A stretch of 64,000 bases of DNA from Candidatus Dormiibacterota bacterium (GTDB taxonomy: Bacteria; Chloroflexota; Dormibacteria; Aeolococcales; Aeolococcaceae), in NCBI GenBank assembly GCA_963751755.1, contig CAVVVH010000006.1:91224-155223 (forward strand), written 5' to 3'. The translations under genes were made by a program, and so were the position numbers. The notes beneath the pieces are model-generated. The model saw only the letters and a list, made by a program, of their open reading frames with translations. It searched no databases and was not told where the DNA came from. Shown one piece after another: positions 11,994-22,846 of the stretch. How positions within the stretch are numbered: position 1 is the stretch's first letter; every line of letters starts with the position of its first letter.

Positions 11994-13502
11994 ATGAGCG
12001 CGCCGCGTGTCCTGGCCATCGACCAGGGGACGTCGGGCACCACGTGCCTGGTGGTGGGGGTCGACGGCGAGGTCCACAGCCGAGCCCACGTCGAGGTCGC
12101 CGTCCGTTACCCGCGCGACGGCTGGGTCGAGCAGGACGCCGAGGAGCTGTGGCGGTCGGTGCTCGCAGCCGCACGCAGCGCGATCGACGCCGCCGGCGAG
12201 CCCGGCCCCGGTCGCCGTGGGGGTCACCAACCAGCGCGAGACCCTGGTGGTGTTCGAGCGCGACGGCATGCGGCCGGTGGCGCCCGCCATCGTGTGGCAG
12301 TGCCGGCGCAGCGCCGCGCTCTGCGCGGAGCATCGCGCGCGAGGCGAGGAGGATCAGCTCCGCAAGCGCACCGGCTTGCTGCTCGACCCGTACTTCACCG
12401 CCACCAAGCTGGAGTGGCTGCTCGCCGAGCAGCCCGAGCTGCGCGCGCGGGCGGAGCGCGGCGAGCTGTGCGCAGGCACCGTCGACACGTGGTTGATCGC
12501 GCGCCTGACGGGCGGTGCCGCGCTGGTGACGGACGCCAGCAACGCCAGCCGCACGCTGCTGTACGACCTCACGCGGGGCGAGTTCGACGACGGTCTGTGC
12601 GCGCAGTTCGGGGTGCCGCGGCAGCTGCTGCCGGAGGTGCGCGACAGTGCGGGCAGGGTCGCCATGACCGACCCCGCGTCGTTCCTCGGCCTGCGGCTGC
12701 CGGTGAGCGGCATCGCCGGCGACCAGCAGGCCGCGCTCTTCGGCCAGGCGTGCCTGCGCGCAGGGATGAGCAAGAACACCTACGGCACCGGGTCCTTCGT
12801 GCTCGTCAACACCGGGACCGCGGTGCCTGCGCCCGTGCACGGCCTGCTCGGCACCGTGGCCTGGCGACTCGGGGGCACCGACACGTTCGCGCTGGAGGGC
12901 AGCATCTTCGTCACCGGCGCGGGACTGAAGTGGCTGCGCGACGGGCTCGGGTTGATCACGGCCACGGACGAGGCGGGACCCCTGTTCGACTCCGTTCCTG
13001 ACAGCAATGGCTGTATCTTCGTGCCCGCGCTGTCGGGCCTGGGCGCGCCGTACTGGGACCCGGACGCGCGCGGCGCGCTGCTCGGCCTCACCGCCGGCGT
13101 GAACTCGCGCGCACGTGGTACGGGCGGTGGTCGAGGCGATGGCCTACCGCACCCGCGACGTCATCGAAGCAGTCGAACAGGGCGCAGGGATCGAGCTCGA
13201 GGAGCTGCGGGTCGACGGCGGCGCCAGCGTCATGGACGGCCTCTGCCAGTTCCAGGCGGACCTTCTCGGCCTCCCGGTGACCCGAGCGGCATCAGCCGAG
13301 ACCACCGCGCTGGGCGCAGCGATGCTGGCGGCAGTGGGGGAGGGCCTCATCGACATGCCCGACGGTGTCGAGGCAGGCCCACCAATCCGGCCGCCGCTTC
13401 GAACCAGCCACCCCAGGCCAACGCCCGCAAGCAGAATACGAAGCCTGGAAAAGAGCGGTAGCGCGCGTCCGAACCAACACAGAACGCCGCAAAGAAAGCT
13501 GA
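11994..13502 (+). CDS. glpK: Glycerol kinase (frameshifted)
   Basis: [82 protein letters not shown]. Confidence 0.93.
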
Positions 13503-13523
13503 GCATCCCAAAGGCACAAGGAC

Positions 13524-13682
13524 GTCGCGGAGGCGACAGCGGCGCGCGAGGCGCGCCGAAGAGTGGGGTGTGCAGGGTCGAATTCACTTCGACCCTGCGA
13601 GGGGCGAGGACCTGTTTCGCCCCTGAAAGAACGCATCGCATTCTTTGCCCCAGCCGCGCGAATGCGCGCCGGGGGCAAAGAA
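13524..13682. repeat. Tandem cluster of five GC-rich inverted repeats (REP/MITE-like or structured RNA)
   Basis: Stems at 13524-13537, 13541-13557, 13572-13598 (11 bp), 13600-13624 and 13641-13682 (11 bp). Confidence 0.55.
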
Positions 13683-13708
13683 AAGACCGGAGGGCGAACC
13701 CCCCGGCC
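13677..13708 (-). terminator. Rho-independent terminator
   Basis: GGCCGGGGGG-TTCG-CCCTCCGGTC followed by TTTTCTTT on the minus strand. Confidence 0.75.
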
Positions 13709-13757
13709 TTTCAGGAAGGGAATGAGTTTCCTGTTTGGGGGCGACTTTCGTCGCCGA
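13677..13757 (-). ncRNA. Candidate ~80-nt small regulatory RNA with three stem-loops
   Basis: Minus strand: -10 TAGATT (13768-13763); GGCGAC-GAAA-GTCGCC; CAGGAA-ACTCATTCCC-TTCCTG; intrinsic terminator with UUCG loop and U-tract. Confidence 0.6.
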
Positions 13758-13789
13758 CCACCAATCTATCGTCCGGCCCGCCGAAATGC

Positions 13790-13828
13790 AGTAAACGTCC
13801 GGTCAAGGTTTGTAAAGGGTTGTAAAGG
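13790..13828. promoter_or_regulatory. Tandem direct repeats, candidate OmpR/PhoB-family binding site
   Basis: GTAAAC 13791, GTCAAG 13802, GTAAAG 13812, GTAAAG 13822 (11/10/10 bp spacing); includes GTAAA-N5-GTAAA. Confidence 0.55.
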
Positions 13829-13895
13829 AGCAGCCAGCGGGCCCTCACCCCGTAATGACCCCCGGTCCGGTTGGCCTTGCGTATGCTCGGAACCC

Positions 13896-14479
13896 TTGCC
13901 GAAGGCAGCCCGCCACCCGATCCTCTACGACGTCGAGCGCTGGCGCAAGTACCGCACCTGGCTGCTCCTGCCGGCGACCGTCTTCGCCCTCACGGCGGTG
14001 TTCCTGACCGTGCTCAAGCCCACCTCGGGGGGCGCCTTCGGCTACGCGCTGATCGCCGCCTGCCTGTACGCCGTGGCCAGCTCGCTGTGGACCCGGCAGC
14101 ACTTCACCTACCTCTCCTGTGAGGACGACCAGCTGGTCGTCCACGCCCTGGCGGCGACCCGGCGCCTGGGCAGCGAGGACATCGATCGCGCCAAGCTGGT
14201 CCGCCTCAGCGCGGTCTTCCACCGCCCCGAGCGCCGCCGCCTGCTGCCCCGCCCGACGGAGCGCTGGCTGGCCACCGAGGCGATCTCGGTGCGCCTGCGC
14301 GACGGCGTCGACCTGCGCGCCCTGCGCCGCGTGGCCGGGCCGCGCTGCGTCGTCGACGACCTGCTGGTGGTGCCGGTCGTCGACGCCGGCGGGCTGTTCG
14401 CCGAGGTCAACAGCACGTCTGCCCACCGCGGCCGGTGGTGGCCGCCGCCGGGCAGCGACGCCGGGCCCGGCGCCGGTGA
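13896..14479 (+). CDS. Hypothetical membrane protein (two TMs plus a soluble, possibly PH-like, domain)
   Basis: TATGCT 13882-13887 then in-frame TTG; two hydrophobic helices; typical codon bias; end approximate. Confidence 0.6.
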
Positions 14480-16388
14480 CGCTGCGAGGACCGGCCCGCT
14501 GGTGGCGCGGACCGCGCCGTGCGCCGCGCGACCCGCGTGACGACGGCGGCGAACCGCTGGTGCGCGCCGGCCTGCGCGGCTTCCTCGCGCTCGAGCGCCG
14601 CGACGTCCTGGCCGTGGTCGCGCTGGTGGTGTTCTCACTGTTCCTGCGCTTCGCCAGCCCCATCCTGCCCGACTTCCTCTCCGGGAGCGGGGGCGTCAAC
14701 ATCTCCGGCGTCGGGGCGGCATCATCGAACAACAGCCCGCCGCCGGAGTGCACCGACGTGCCGGTCGGACCCGCGGGCAAGGACACCGCGGGCACGTCGG
14801 TCAATCACACCGACATCAAGCAGTGCGGGTTCATCTTCGACGAGATCTACTTCCCGGTCGACGCCGCCAAGGACCTCCGGCAGCCCGCCGAGTCGTACTT
14901 CGACCCCGAGCCACCGCTCGCCAAGCTGCTGATGGCGCCGCCGATCGCCACCATGGGTTTCACGACGTGGTCGTGGCGGGTGAGCACGGCGATCTTCGGC
15001 AGCCTGCTCGTCGGGATCATCTACCTGATCGCGCTGCGCCTGCGGCGTGACCGCTGGTTCGCCACCGCGGCGGCGCTCTTCGTCTCCCTGGACGGGCTCG
15101 CGTTCGTCGAGGCGCGCACTGGTGTCATCGACATCATCGCCATCTTCTTCGTCGCGCTCTTCTACTACGTGTTCCTGTTGCACTGGCAGGCCCGAACGCG
15201 GCGGCAGTGGCGCGCAACCCTGTACATCATGGCGCTGGTCGCCGGGCTTGCGTTCGCTGCCAAGCTCACCGCGCTGGCGCCGCTGGTGGTGGCGGCGGCG
15301 CTCCTTGCCGGCCGCGGGCTCTCACCGTGGCTGGCGGCCATCGTCCCGGCGGTGCGTCGCATCGCCGGACCGCGCCGGCACGAGGTGAACATGTGGCGCG
15401 CCGCGGCGGGCCGTTTCGCGCTGGTCCAGTACACGGTTGCCGTGCTCATCGGCGGTGCCGTGTTCTGCGCCTCGTTCTCTCGCTACCTGACGATCCCGCA
15501 CAACGACGTGTACAAGTTCACCGCCTGCAGTCCTGGCACCACGGGTCTCACCGGCACGGCGGACACCATCCAGGTGCCCACCATGAAGGTGGGCTCGGCG
15601 ACGGTGCCCAACCCCGTCCAGGCGGTCGCCGACATCGCCGACATCATGAGCGCGGGCCTGCAGTACCACGAGCAGGAGTGCCACAGCCATCCGTACGCGT
15701 CACGCTGGTACACCTGGCCGGTGATGTACCACCCCGTGCTCTTCTACTACGTGCAGACACCGTCGGCCGTCACCGACAACCCGACGGTCTCGTCGATCAC
15801 CGACATGGGCAACCCTGCCGTCTGGTGGCTCTCCATCCCTGCGCTGCTCGCGCTGGTGTGGCGGCTCAGCCGCGGCCCGCCGTGGTGGCGGCTGCTCGTC
15901 GGGTTGGTGGGCACGGTGTCGCTGGCCACCATGATCATCACGTTCCACGCCGCGCAGCAGCCCGACACCGTGAGCGTGCGCGTGTCGCCCGGCGTGCCGT
16001 TCACCGTGGCCTTCATCGGGGTGGTCGTCTTCGCTGCGCTGATCACCCTGAGCGCGGTGGTGTCGCGACGCTTCGTCCCGGCGTTCATCGTGCTCGGCTA
16101 CATCACGTCCTGGATGCTCTGGGTGGTGGGCAACGAACGCCGCGTGCTGTTCTTCTACCACGCGCTCGGCATGCTCATCTTCGCCGCGCTGGCGCTCGCC
16201 TACGTGCTCGCCGGTCTGCGCAACACCGTCGTGCAGCGTGCGCGGCCGGCAACTCTCGCTGGCGCCGGTGACCTGGGCCGCGACCGCTCCTGGTCGTGGC
16301 CGGTTTCGTCTTCTTCTACCCGGTCTGGACGGCGGTCCCGATGCCCAGCTCGGACCACCAGATGCGCCTCTGGGTCGACGCCTGGTGA
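14476..16388 (+). CDS. Protein O-mannosyltransferase (GT39/PMT family)
   Basis: FIFDEIYF, EPPLAKLL, WSWR, HPYASRWYTWP, MGNPAVWW, RVLFFYH, FFYPVWT C-terminus. Confidence 0.88.
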
Positions 16389-18587
16389 GCTCCGTCTGGC
16401 TGGCGGCGGCGGCTCTGCTGTTCGTCGCCGGCACCGTCACGGCAGGGTCGCTGCCGCGGGTGGACCTTCGCTTCGAGGAGCGCGTGCTGACCGGGATGGT
16501 CGTCACCGTGCTGGTGGGCAGCGCGGTCACCTACGTGGTCACTCTCGTCGCCGGTCTCGGCGTCGGCAGCGTGCTCGGCGGCCGCCGCGCTGACGGCGGC
16601 GGGGTTCGGGGCGCTGACGTGGCGCTCCCGGCACGCCGCCATGACGAGGTGGAGAGAGGAGTGGGGGCAGCTCATGTCACCCGACCAGCGCCGTCACCGC
16701 GTCGGTCTCGGCGCCGTCGCGGTGGCGGCGCTGCTCGTGTTCTCGTTGCTCTTCGCGCACACGCTCGGCACCGATGCCGACGGCAACCTCAACGCCGGCT
16801 TCCAGACGGTGTGGGCCGACTGGTCCCAGCACCTCACCACCATGAGCAGCTTCGCCGTCGCGCACAACCTGCCCCCGCAGAACCCGCTCTTCAGCGGCCA
16901 GGACCTCCGCTATCCCTTCCTTCCCGACTTCCAGTCGGCCACGCTGGTGACGCTCGGTGCCTCGCCGGCCGTCGCTCTCGCGCTGCCCGGCGCGCTGCTC
17001 GCGGTGTGCATCACGCTTCTGGTCGTGGCGCTCGCGGTGCGACTCGGAGCGGGCCTGGCGGTGGGTGCGCTCGCGGCTGCGATCTGCATGATCGGCGGCG
17101 GCCTGGGCTTCTCCGGCATCCTCGCCGACGCCTGCCTGCACCACGGCTTCAGCGCGGCGCAGTGCAGCTGGTCGGGGCTGGCCGCGCACCCCGGCGACAT
17201 CCCCGCGATCATCGCCGGCACCTTTCACGACCTGCCCGGCCTGGTGGCGGCGCAGCCGCGCGCCTACGACGGCCTGCTGACCACGGCCTCGACGCAGCCG
17301 CTGCCCAACCAGCAGTGGTACACGCCGCTGTTCGCCTGGTGGTTGCCGCAGCGCAGCATCCTCTACGGCTTCTCCGGCGCGCTGGTGGCCCTGGTCCTCC
17401 TCCTCGCCGCGGTGCGCACGCGGCGGCGCGGCTACGAGACGTTCGCGCTGGCAGGCCTGCTCTTGGGTCTCATGCCGCTCATCCACATCCACACGCTGAT
17501 CGCGATGGCCATCGTCGGCGCGGTGCTCGCCACCCAGTGGCGCCACCGCGGCTGGCTGGTGACGCTCGCGGTCGCCTGCGTGGTCGCCGCGCCGCGCCTG
17601 GTCACTCTGGTGGGCGGGCCCCATGGGTCGGCTGCGGACGCCAACCTGTTTCCCACCGTCGAACCGGGGTGGATGTACCTTCCCGGGGCAGCGCGGCCGG
17701 TGCTGTCGGTGACAGCGCTGGTGGGCGGCGTCGGCGGCTTGATCCGCGCGCTGCTGACGCCGCAGTACTGGGGCTTCTGGGTCGAGAACACCGGCGTCGC
17801 GGTGCCCCTGTGTGCGCTGGTGGCTGTCGCGCTGGCACTGGCGCGTGTGCCGGGTCGCACCGGTGCCGTCGCGCAGCGTGTCCGTGCGATGTTCGCGCCC
17901 GACCTGGTGCGCGTGGCCATGGCCTTCTGCGTGGTGTTCGTGGTCGCCAACCTCGTCGTCTTCCAGTCATGGGAGTGGGACAACACCAAGCTGTTCGCCT
18001 ACTGGTACCTCGGCGCCGCGTTGCTCCTCAGCACGCTGGTGGTGCGCTGGTGGCGGCGTTGGTGGCGGGGCGTCGCGGCCGCGGCCGTGGCCACCAGCGT
18101 GCTCCTCACCGGGCTGCTCGTGATGGCCCGGCTGCTGCCGTGGACGCCTGCGGTGGACGCCGTGGGCGGTCCGTACTCGACGGCGACCGCCGCTGACGTG
18201 CAGCTGGCGGCCACAGTCGCGGCGGCCACACCGTCCAACGCGGTCTTCCTCACCGAAGGCAAGCCCAACGACCCCGTGCTCACCCTGGCAGGGCGCACCG
18301 GCGTGATGGGCTACTACGGCTGGTTGTGGAGCTACGGAACCGATTTCGGGCAGCGCCCTCAGGACGTGCGCACCATGCTCGAGGGATGCCAGGCGCAGGC
18401 ACGCTCGGACTGCGCCGTCTTCGGCCTCCTGCGCACCTACCACGTGGCGTACGCTGAGATCGACGACAGGGTCACCGACGCCGGCATCTTCGACGCGCAG
18501 GTCGCCGTCGGTTGGTGGGCCCAGCAGGGATTCCCGGTGGTGGCTCGCAGCGACCACGTCACTGTGTACGACGTGCGCGGGACGTGA
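16385..18587 (+). CDS. Large polytopic membrane protein, probable GT-C glycosyltransferase (frameshifted)
   Basis: WADWSQH, PPQNPLFSG...YPFLPDF, WWLPQRS, WEWDNTK, AVFLT...LAGR..VMGY.GWLWSYG. Confidence 0.65.
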
Positions 18588-18626
18588 GCGTGTCTCACGA
18601 CTAGCGGTTCGGCGAGACTAGCCACG

Positions 18627-19795
18627 ATGCGATTGACACGGCGCACGGGCGTGACGAGCCTACTGCTCGTAGTTGTCCTGTCGGTGGCTCTGGGCCTGCG
18701 TCTGAACGGCTACACGTCCGACCCTGCGCCGGGGGCCAACTACGACGGGCTGGGCTGGGCGTGGCAGGGCCAGTCGCTGATCCTCCAGCACGTGCCCCAC
18801 GCGTGGTCCTGGCAGACCAGTTATCACCCCTCGAGCTTCGTGACTGAACCCAACGGCATTCACCTTCCCCTCGTGTCGCCCTACTTCGACCATCCGCCGC
18901 TCTTTGGCCTCCTGGTCGGCGGATCAGCGGTGATTGCCGGCGAGCAGACGCAGGCGAGCGTGACGGAGGGGGTCATCCGCCTGGTGCCTATCGCGCTCTC
19001 CTTGGTAACCATCGTGCTCCTCTACGTCCTTGTCCGCCGGGTCACTGGCAAGGACTGGATCGCGTTGATGGCGGCGGCAGCGTTCGCTGTCTCTCCTGCG
19101 ATGGTGCTCACTGGCAGGCTGGTGGAGAGTGAAGCGCTTCTCACACCCCTGCTTCTCGCAGCCGTGATCCTCGCACTGCGCGTTCGTGATGGGGCGGGGC
19201 GACGGTACATCGCCGGGCTGGTCCTGGTCTGCCTGATCTCACCGCTCGTGAAAGAGCCAGGGGTCATCGTCGCCGTCGTGGCCTCCGCCATTCTGCTCAC
19301 CTCGTCGAGGCGGCGCCTGTGGGCACTCCCTTTGGTCGGCATGACCTTCGGCGTCGGCTTGTACCTCGTCTATGCCGCGTCCCTCGACTGGAGTCTGTTC
19401 ATCGCCACGGCTCTAGCGGAAGGCAAGGACCGCCATCCATCCGTCGCGGGCTTCTCCAACTACTTCATCAGCAGCGACGCCGGGCTGGGTATCCGTGTAC
19501 CGTGACCGACCCGGTGTGGTACGCCGGGTGGGTTGCGCTCAGCTATCTCGGTGCAAGAAGCCGGGCGTGGCGTCCGTTGGCGCTGGCTGCAGTCGTCTAC
19601 GCTGCGCTCATCGTCTCGTCAGCCTCGGGTGAGTGGATGCGATGGATCGGCTGGTATCGGATACCCGACGAGCCGTTTCTCTATGCCGCGGCGGCTGGGC
19701 TGTGCGCGGAAGTCCTGCACAGTGCATGGATACGGCTGGGTCCCATGAGCTCCGGGGGGCGCGATGGTGGGCTGGCACCACACTCGATAGCCTGA
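18627..19795 (+). CDS. ArnT/GT39-like GT-C glycosyltransferase (frameshifted, atypical codon usage)
   Basis: YFDHPPLFGLL, RLVPIALS, RLVESE, VKEPG; multiple TMs. Confidence 0.7.
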
Positions 19796-19898
19796 TGATC
19801 CCTCGCGCCCTCGGAGCGGCGACGGCAGGTGCCACCCCAGCATCGGCGTCATCGATGGCGTTCGGCCACGTCGTCTTCGCCGCGGGAGGATGGGTGGG

Positions 19899-20729
19899 AT
19901 GATCATCGACGCCCACGTCCACATCCTCCCCGACCGGGTTCGCGACAACCTCGTCGAGGTGGCCGCGAGTGACCCGTGGTTCGCCACCTGCCACGCGCGC
20001 GGTGAGCGAACCGCCTCGGCGGAGTCGCTGCTGGCGGCGATGGACGAGCACGGCGTGGATCGCGCGGTGTGCTTCGGCTGGCCGTTTGCCGATGCCGCGA
20101 CGTGCGCCGAGGCGAACGACTACGTGGCGGCCGCGGTGCGCCGTCATCCCGACCGGCTGGTGGGATTCGGCATCGTCCAGCCACTCCACCCCGGCGCTGC
20201 AGCCGAGGTGACGCGGTGCGCACGACTGGGCCTGGCCGGGATCGGCGAGATGAACGCCGACGCCCAGGGCTGGGAGCTCCTCGACGAGGCGGTGCAGCCT
20301 GTGGTCCGGGCCTGCGTCGACGCCGGGATGCCCTGGAACCTGCACTGCAGCGAGCCGGTCGGGCGCCAGTACCCGGGACGGGGATCGTCGACCCCGGACC
20401 GGGTCATGGCGTTCGCCGAGCGCAACGCCGAGCTGACGCTCATCTGCGCTCACCTCGGCGGCGGGCTGCCGCTGTACGCGCACATCCCCGAGGTGCGCCG
20501 CGCCTGCGAGCGGCTCCACTTCGACACCGCCGCGCAGCCCTTCGTGTACGAGGCCTCGGTGTACCGCGCGCTGGTCGACGGTGTCGGCGCAGAGCGCGTT
20601 CTCCTGGGCAGCGACCACCCTCTCCTCGACGTGCCGCGGTACAGCGCGGCGCTGAGCGAGGCGGGCGTCAGCGAGGCGGCGCGAGCGCTCATCACCGGTG
20701 GCAACGCGGCCCGGCTCCTCCACCTCTGA
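19899..20729 (+). CDS. Amidohydrolase_2 family metal-dependent hydrolase
   Basis: IIDAHVH, GIGE, LHCSEPVG..YPG, AHLGGG, FDTAA, GSDHP. Confidence 0.9.
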   Translation: MIIDAHVHILPDRVRDNLVEVAASDPWFATCHARGERTASAESLLAAMDEHGVDRAVCFGWPFADAATCAEANDYVAAAVRRHPDRLVGFGIVQPLHPGAAAEVTRCARLGLAGIGEMNADAQGWELLDEAVQPVVRACVDAGMPWNLHCSEPVGRQYPGRGSSTPDRVMAFAERNAELTLICAHLGGGLPLYAHIPEVRRACERLHFDTAAQPFVYEASVYRALVDGVGAERVLLGSDHPLLDVPRYSAALSEAGVSEAARALITGGNAARLLHL

Positions 20730-20898
20730 GTGGGTGGTGGCCGTCGTCACCATCCCGTCGCCGGTTGGTGGATCGGTTCGTTGTCGCGGTGGCCGCAGAG
20801 TCAGCGGCGGCGGAGTGTCCGGCGCCCGCCAGCCGGACGCTCTGCTTTTTCTTTGCCCAGGGACGCGCAGCCGGGCTGCCGCTAGGCACACTTGGGGT

Positions 20899-22174
20899 GT
20901 GTTCACGCCTGAGACCCTCGAGGTCGCCATGGTCTCGTTCGAAGGGCCTGACCAGTACAGCCAGGCCGGCGGGCTCGGGGTTCGCGCCAAGGAGATGTGC
21001 CGCGCGTTCGCCGCCTTGGGCTTCGCCACCACGCTGTACTTCGTCGGCGACCCGGACAGGCCTCACGACGAGGTCGTCGACGGCCTGCGGCTGGTGCGCA
21101 TCTGCCAGTCGGTGAGCGCCGCGCACCCGGCCGGTGTGTACGACGGCGAGCACGCCAAGATCGAGGCGATGTGGCAGGAGCTGCCCGCCCTGCTCGTCGA
21201 GACGTCGGTGCGCCGCTGCCGCGGCGGCCGGCAGGACGCTCGCCATCCTCTGCGAGGAGTGGCAGACCGCCGACTTCGTCGAGATGCTCGACCGCCATCT
21301 TCGCCAGCTCGGCATGCGCGACCGCTGCGTCATCCTCTGGAACGCCAACAACCACTTCGGCTTCGACAACATGGACTGGCGCGCGCTGGACCGCGCCGCG
21401 ACGGTGACCACCGTGAGCCGCTACATGAAGCACCTGATGTGGCCGCACGGGGTCAACCCGATGGTCATCCCCAACGGCATCCCGGTCGAGTCGCTGCAGC
21501 CCGTCGACCCCGCCGGCGTCGCGCTCATCGCCGAGGCCGCGGGCACACCGTGCCTCACCTTCAAGATCGGCCGCTTCAGCCCCGACAAGCGATGGCACCA
21601 GAGCCTCGACGCCATCGCCGAGCTGCGCGCGCACGGCCTGCCCGCGCGCCTGCTGATGCGCGGCGGCATCGAGCACTTCGGCCACGGCGTGCTCGGCCAC
21701 GCCCGCCAGCTCGGGCTGCCGGTCACCGACTGGAACGAGCCCATCGAGGGGCCGCGGGACATCGCCCGCTCGCTGGTGGAGACGGGCGCCGCGGCGGTGG
21801 TCAACCTGCGCCGCTTCCTCCCCGAGTCCGTGCTCCCGGCGATCTCCGCGGCGTCGACCGCGGTGCTCGCCAACTCCGGCCACGAGCCCTTCGGGCTGGT
21901 CGGCCTGGAGGCGATGGCGGCCGGCGGCGTCGCGGTGGTCGGCGCCACCGGCGAGGAGTACGCGCGCCCGTACGGCAACGCCATCGTCGTCGAGACCGCC
22001 GAGGGCACCGAGCTGGCCAGCGCGCTCGCCGGGCTCGTGGAGCGCCCCGAGCTCTCCACGCGCTTGCGCGAGGCGGCCCGCCGCGACGCCGCCGACTTCG
22101 TGTGGCCGGAGATCATCGACGGCTTCCTCGAGCGGATGCGCTACGTGGCGGCGCGGCAGCATGTCGCGGTCTGA
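20899..22174 (+). CDS. GT4 family glycosyltransferase (frameshifted)
   Basis: SFEGPDQYSQAGGLG, TTVSRYMK, IPNGI, GRFSPDK, HEPFGLVGLEAMAAG. Confidence 0.87.
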
Positions 22175-22207
22175 CCCCGCTGCGCGACGGGCTCGCCGGC
22201 GATCGAG

Positions 22208-22643
22208 GTGCGGGAGGTCGAGCTGGCCGACATCACCGACCTGCGCGGCGCGCGTGCTGCGCAGCCACATGCCCGGCGCGCCGGCCACCGCGCCGAGCGA
22301 CGGCAACGCCGACGTCGTTGCACCTCGGCGCCTTCCGCGACGGCCGGCTGGTGGGGGTGGTCACGGCCTTCGCTGAGGAGGCACCGGGCAACCCGCGGGT
22401 GGCCGGCCGCAGCGCTTCCGCTTCATGGCCGTGGAGCCGTCGGAGCAGGGCACCGGAGCGGGCACGGCGCTCATGCGCGAGCTGATGGCGCGGGCCCGCG
22501 CGCGCGGCGCCCGCCTGCTCTGGGCGCACGGCCGCGACAGCGCGCTGGACTTCTACGCCAGGCTCGACTTCGCCGTCGTCGGCGAGGGCTTCGACGACCC
22601 CACCTCCCACCTGCCCCACCACGTCGTCGTCCGCGAGCTGTGA
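22208..22643 (+). CDS. GNAT N-acetyltransferase (frameshifted)
   Basis: HLGAFRDGRLVGV, MAVEPSEQGTGAG, LWAHGR..ALDFYARLDF. Confidence 0.8.
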
Positions 22644-22690
22644 GGCCGCGTCCGGGCTCGTCTACCGCGACCAGCGGATAGGATGCGACC

Positions 22691-22846
22691 GTGGACGAGC
22701 GCCGGCTGACCGCGATCGCAGGCGAGCTCGGCCTCACCGTGGACGAGCTGCGCGAGGCGCAGGCGGGGCTGTCGCCCGGGCTTCCGGACGCCATCCTCGG
22801 CGGCCTGATCCGCTTCGAGGACGCGCTGTTCGAGCTCTCGCAGTGA
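22691..22846 (+). CDS. 51-aa protein, putative antitoxin-like partner of the downstream Doc-like protein
   Basis: MDERRLTAIAGELGLTVDELREAQAGLSPGLPDAILGGLIRFEDALFELSQ; TAGGAT-N6-GTG start; GTGA overlap with the next gene; below the ORF-track length cutoff. Confidence 0.6.
   Translation: MDERRLTAIAGELGLTVDELREAQAGLSPGLPDAILGGLIRFEDALFELSQ

Noticed and set aside
13563-13895. N-terminal extension of the membrane protein, including ATG 13722 with an RBS-like AGGAAGGG
   Set aside because: Atypical codon usage across structured DNA, and a -10 plus TTG at 13896 fits better; if ATG 13722 were used, the sRNA would be cis-antisense
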